45,400 nucleotides of DNA from a candidate division TA06 bacterium SM23_40. Lineage in GTDB: Bacteria; LJUI01; SM1-40. Made by a program: the position numbers and the translations under genes. The stretch covers positions 1 to 45,400 of the forward strand of contig LJUI01000005.1 in the NCBI GenBank assembly GCA_001303705.1, given 5' to 3'. Positions 41,891 through 45,400 of this stretch are shown one piece after another. The notes under the pieces are model-generated. The model was not told the origin of the DNA. It made no database searches and saw only the letters and a list, made by a program, of their open reading frames with translations. Within the stretch, counting starts at the first letter, position 1. Every line of letters starts with the position of its first letter.

Positions 41891-43965
41891 GCCTCTTTCT
41901 CTGCCTGTTCCTCAGCGATCACCTTCTCCGCGGTCTCTCTGGGAACCTCCTCATACCGACTGAACCGCATGGCATACATGCCCTTTCCCTGCGTCATCGA
42001 GCGTAGATTCGTCGAATACTTGTACATCTCGGCCTGAGGAACGGTCGCCCGGATCTTCTGGAGGTGCCCCTCCGTGTCCATACCCAGTATCCGACCTCGA
42101 CGGGAGTTGAGGTCCCCGATCACTTCACCCATGTACTCCTCGGGGACGGTCACCTCCACATCCATGATCGGCTCGAGCAGAATAATGCCTGCCTCCTGCG
42201 CACCCTTCTTGAACGCAAGTGAGCCTGCCACCTTGAAGGCGATATCGGAGGAATCGACAGGGTGGAACGATCCATCGATGACGACGGCCTTCAAATCGAC
42301 GACCGGGAAGTTCGAAATGACTCCCTCTCGCATCGCCTCCTCGACTCCCTTCTGCACCGCGGGAACATACTTGCCCGGGATCGCACCTCCGAAGATCTCG
42401 TCCCCGAACTCGAATCCGGCCCCCCGTTCCAGTGGCTCGAGGCGCAGGAAAACGTGGCCGTACTGTCCGCGCCCTCCTGTCTGCTTCTTGAATTTCGCCT
42501 CCACTCGCTCCACCTTCCGCCGAATCGTCTCGCGATAGGGGATCCGGGGCTTAACGAGATCGACTTCGACGCCGAACTTCCTCTTGAGGCGGTTGACGAT
42601 GACTTCGAGATGCAACTCCCCCAACCCAGAAATCAACATCTGCTTCACGTCGCGATCGTAACGAGACGAGAATGTGGGGTCTTCTTCGTGCAGCCTGGCG
42701 AGACCAGCCATCACCTTTTCCTCATCACCCTTCGTCTTGGGAACGATCGCCACCGATATATTGGGCTCGGGAAAGTCGATCGGGGGAAAGATGATCGGAT
42801 GTGACTTGGCGGCGAGCGTATCACCCGTCCTCACATCCTTCAGCTTCACCAGCGCCCCCATTTGACCGGCCACCAGCTTAACCGTCTCCTTCCGTTCTTT
42901 CCCGCGGACCAGGTAGATCTGATTGGTCTTGAGCCCGGAGGATTGCGTAGTGTTCATCAACTCCATGCCTGCTTCCAGTATCCCCGAGAAGACCCGCACA
43001 AACGAGAGTTCTCCGACATGCGGTTCGGTGACCGTTTTGAAGATCAGAGCAGAGAGAGGCTCGGCCTCGGTCCTCTCGCGACCGCCAGTGCTACCCCCTT
43101 CTCCCGCCGACCCCTCGATAGGCGGACGGTCCGGCGGAGAGGGCAATAAGTCAACGATCCCGTCGAGCAGTTTCTCGACCCCCTGATTCGCATACGCATC
43201 GCCACAGAGAAGCGGGACGATCGATCCATTAATTGTGCCCGCTCTGAGCCCCTTCTCCGCCTCCTCTGCAGAGAGATCTCCCTCCTCGAGGTACTTCTCC
43301 GTGAGGGCATCGTCTGTCTCCGCGACACTCTCGACGAGGGTTTCCCTCGCCTGCCGAGCTGCATCGCTCATCTCGGAGGGTATCTCCTGTTCCTCAGACT
43401 TGCCGTCGCCGAACAGATACGCCTTCATCTTGATGAGATCGATGACACCCTTGAAGCCATCTCCCTTCCCGATGGGGAGCTGAATGGGAGTGACCGCCCG
43501 GCCGAGTTCTTCGCGTGCCATCTCGACGATCCTGCTGAAGTCTGCGTTGTCCTTTTTCATCTTGTTGACGAAGATGAGACGAGGCAGACTCTGTTCATCG
43601 GCATACTTCCACACGCGCTCGGTCCCCACTTCTACTCCCGCAGTTGCATCCACGACGATGATCGCACCGTCAAGCACCCGCACCGCGCTCACGACGTCGC
43701 CGATGAAGTCCGCATACCCGGGAGTATCCACGATATGCAGCTCATGGTTTTTCCAGGAGGCATGTGCCAGAGCGAGGCTGATCGATATCTTCCGCTCCAT
43801 CTCATCAGGATCGGAGTCCATGATTGCGTTCCCATCATCGACCCTTCCCAGCCGTGTACTCGCCTTAGCGTTGAACAGCATGGCTTCGGCCAGGGTCGTC
43901 TTCCCCGCCCCCCCGTGTGCCATCAACCCGACGTTTCGTAGCTGTTCAGTTCTCGTGTCACTCAA
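41887..43965 (-). CDS. fusA: Elongation factor G paralog (EF-G2 type, outside the str operon)
   Basis: AHGGAGKTT, DTPGYADF, GLGELHL, KKQTGGRGQYG, FHPVDSS; no rpsL/rpsG/tuf nearby; TTG start with AAGGAGG. Confidence 0.92.
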   Translation of the reverse strand: MSDTRTEQLRNVGLMAHGGAGKTTLAEAMLFNAKASTRLGRVDDGNAIMDSDPDEMERKISISLALAHASWKNHELHIVDTPGYADFIGDVVSAVRVLDGAIIVVDATAGVEVGTERVWKYADEQSLPRLIFVNKMKKDNADFSRIVEMAREELGRAVTPIQLPIGKGDGFKGVIDLIKMKAYLFGDGKSEEQEIPSEMSDAARQARETLVESVAETDDALTEKYLEEGDLSAEEAEKGLRAGTINGSIVPLLCGDAYANQGVEKLLDGIVDLLPSPPDRPPIEGSAGEGGSTGGRERTEAEPLSALIFKTVTEPHVGELSFVRVFSGILEAGMELMNTTQSSGLKTNQIYLVRGKERKETVKLVAGQMGALVKLKDVRTGDTLAAKSHPIIFPPIDFPEPNISVAIVPKTKGDEEKVMAGLARLHEEDPTFSSRYDRDVKQMLISGLGELHLEVIVNRLKRKFGVEVDLVKPRIPYRETIRRKVERVEAKFKKQTGGRGQYGHVFLRLEPLERGAGFEFGDEIFGGAIPGKYVPAVQKGVEEAMREGVISNFPVVDLKAVVIDGSFHPVDSSDIAFKVAGSLAFKKGAQEAGIILLEPIMDVEVTVPEEYMGEVIGDLNSRRGRILGMDTEGHLQKIRATVPQAEMYKYSTNLRSMTQGKGMYAMRFSRYEEVPRETAEKVIAEEQAEKEA

Positions 43966-44024
43966 CTCGCAGCCCTCCTTACCACATTGCCAAGCCCATA
44001 TCATTACATTGCCAGCACCACGCG

Positions 44025-44054
44025 AGAATAGCACAGGGGTTCGCGCTCTGTCAA
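44025..44054 (-). promoter_or_regulatory. Putative sigma70 promoter for EF-G2
   Basis: TTGACA-18 nt-TATTCT with extended -10 TG. Confidence 0.6.
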
Positions 44055-44096
44055 CAAGAACCTCCCACCCTCGGGACCGTCCCCGCGATCCCAAAC

Positions 44097-44131
44097 GACA
44101 GGGGAAAGGCACGCAATGCCTTTCCCCTGTC
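44097..44131 (-). terminator. Perfect 15-bp hairpin after the 5S rRNA
   Basis: GACAGGGGAAAGGCA-cgcaa-TGCCTTTCCCCTGTC, followed by GTTT on the minus strand. Confidence 0.75.
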
Positions 44132-44141
44132 CAGATCAAAG

Positions 44142-44260
<119 letters not shown>

Positions 44261-44486
44261 CTCTTGCCAAACGAGCTGTGGCGGCCCGAATCTCCTCCTC
44301 TATATGTAGACGCCGCTAATCCTGGCCGACCAGGGCACATGTACTCCACCAGGTTCGGATATCTCGGTCCCGGTTCCTGTTTTCAGATTCCCCCTTCGCG
44401 GGCCGCGGTTCCTTGGGGGCGTACCCTGATCCGCACTCCGGGATAGGCAACACACTCGGCAGATCAGCCACCTCGTCGAGCCAAAA

Positions 44487-45398
44487 TTACTGCAGGATCC
44501 CGGATGCGGCTACCGCTACGTTGCCGTTCTCGCTGGTGACCGTCACCATGACAGTGCAGAACTCCGGTTCGTCACCCGGCTCGTGGGTATTGTACAGCAC
44601 AAACTGGTAGTTCGTGTACCCGCTCAGCGCATCCGGGATCTCGAATCCGGTGACACTGACCTGCCCGGCTGACACACTGATCTCAATCGTGCTGCCGCCC
44701 ACCACGGGATGGCCGAGGGCATCGCCCGCGAATATCGTGAATGTCTGGCTTCCCGAGAGCGGCACGCTGAAGCTCAACGGATTGAGCGTCAGCACCGTGC
44801 AGCCGGAAAAGAGCACGGTCGTCGAGTCCGCGATGATACTCCCTCCACCGTCGACCGTCTCACCGATCACCTCGAGGTAGCCGGTGGGCGGCAAAGGGTT
44901 GGAGGAGATCAGATCGTTGCCGCAGACTGTCCCGTTCGGGTCCGTATTGCCCGACCCGGGGTAGATATTGCCGTATGTCGATGTGAACCAGACTACGGTA
45001 CCCGGCGGGACTGGATTGGCATACTGGTCGAAAACGAATGCCGTGATCGCATCGATCTTCCCGTAGAAGCAGAGCCCGGCGATGTTGAGCCTCTCGGTCG
45101 TCACTGTGAGATGCTCTTTCACCGGCGGGCCGCCATGGATCGCCACCTCGATGGCGTTCGACTGGATCGTCGTCCCGGTAACAGATGCGACCACCCGAAC
45201 CGGACCCGAGATCGTCCCGCTGTTCAAGTACGTTGAGACGAGGGCCGCGCTGTCCTGAGTCGTTCCGCTCGTAGGGAAGAGGTACTCGCCTCCGCCCGGT
45301 CCGCCGAGAATGTCAAAGTCAACATCGACAGGGACGTTCACCGGATACCCGACGGAATCGAGTACAGTGAACGTAAGCATCGACGTCTCGTCATGTCC
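44487..45398 (-). CDS. Surface protein with Ig-like (invasin/Big-type) repeats, 5'-partial
   Basis: T/V/G-rich beta repeats: V.DSVGYPV, VFDQYANPVPPGTVVWFT, GDALGHPVVGGS; frame open to the window edge. Confidence 0.75.
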   Translation of the reverse strand, partial: GHDETSMLTFTVLDSVGYPVNVPVDVDFDILGGPGGGEYLFPTSGTTQDSAALVSTYLNSGTISGPVRVVASVTGTTIQSNAIEVAIHGGPPVKEHLTVTTERLNIAGLCFYGKIDAITAFVFDQYANPVPPGTVVWFTSTYGNIYPGSGNTDPNGTVCGNDLISSNPLPPTGYLEVIGETVDGGGSIIADSTTVLFSGCTVLTLNPLSFSVPLSGSQTFTIFAGDALGHPVVGGSTIEISVSAGQVSVTGFEIPDALSGYTNYQFVLYNTHEPGDEPEFCTVMVTVTSENGNVAVAASGILQ

Positions 45399-45400
45399 CG

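Noticed and set aside
44261-44486. tRNA, 6S RNA or 23S remnant upstream of 5S
   Set aside because: No cloverleaf or T-loop, no 6S-like architecture and no 23S 3'-end motifs recognised

Overview
High-GC bacterial chromosomal window. A C-terminal 'secretion-system sorting'-type tail on the nuclease at 6124-7305 suggests an FCB-group lineage (inference only). The right half (24.6-44.3 kb, minus strand) is a long housekeeping run: an orphan 5S rRNA, EF-G2, yebC-ruvCAB, queH-queA-tgt-yajC, def-fmt-[extra methyltransferase]-rsmB-PASTA, ffh-rpsP-khpA-rimM-trmD-rplS-rnhB-yraN. comM/yifB, which often follows yraN directly, lies about 19 kb away. The gap holds a secreted EEP nuclease, fhs, a methyltransferase, a holin-like protein, a P3A-type H+-ATPase and a co-oriented S2P-CBS/ackA/xfp/glgP/tkt/rpiB/tal carbon-shunt cluster. 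The main unexplained non-coding signals are: a ~530-bp degenerate 19-bp tandem array with higher-order structure abutting the comM stop; a 42/43-bp hairpin-bearing repeat with a similar core abutting the ruvB stop; a ~125-nt rod-like RNA fold in the comM leader; and a stand-alone 5S rRNA gene. No CRISPR array, tRNA, integrase or transposase was recognised. Start codons were adjusted by eye using RBS and gene overlaps, and family calls come from motif recognition, not database searches.
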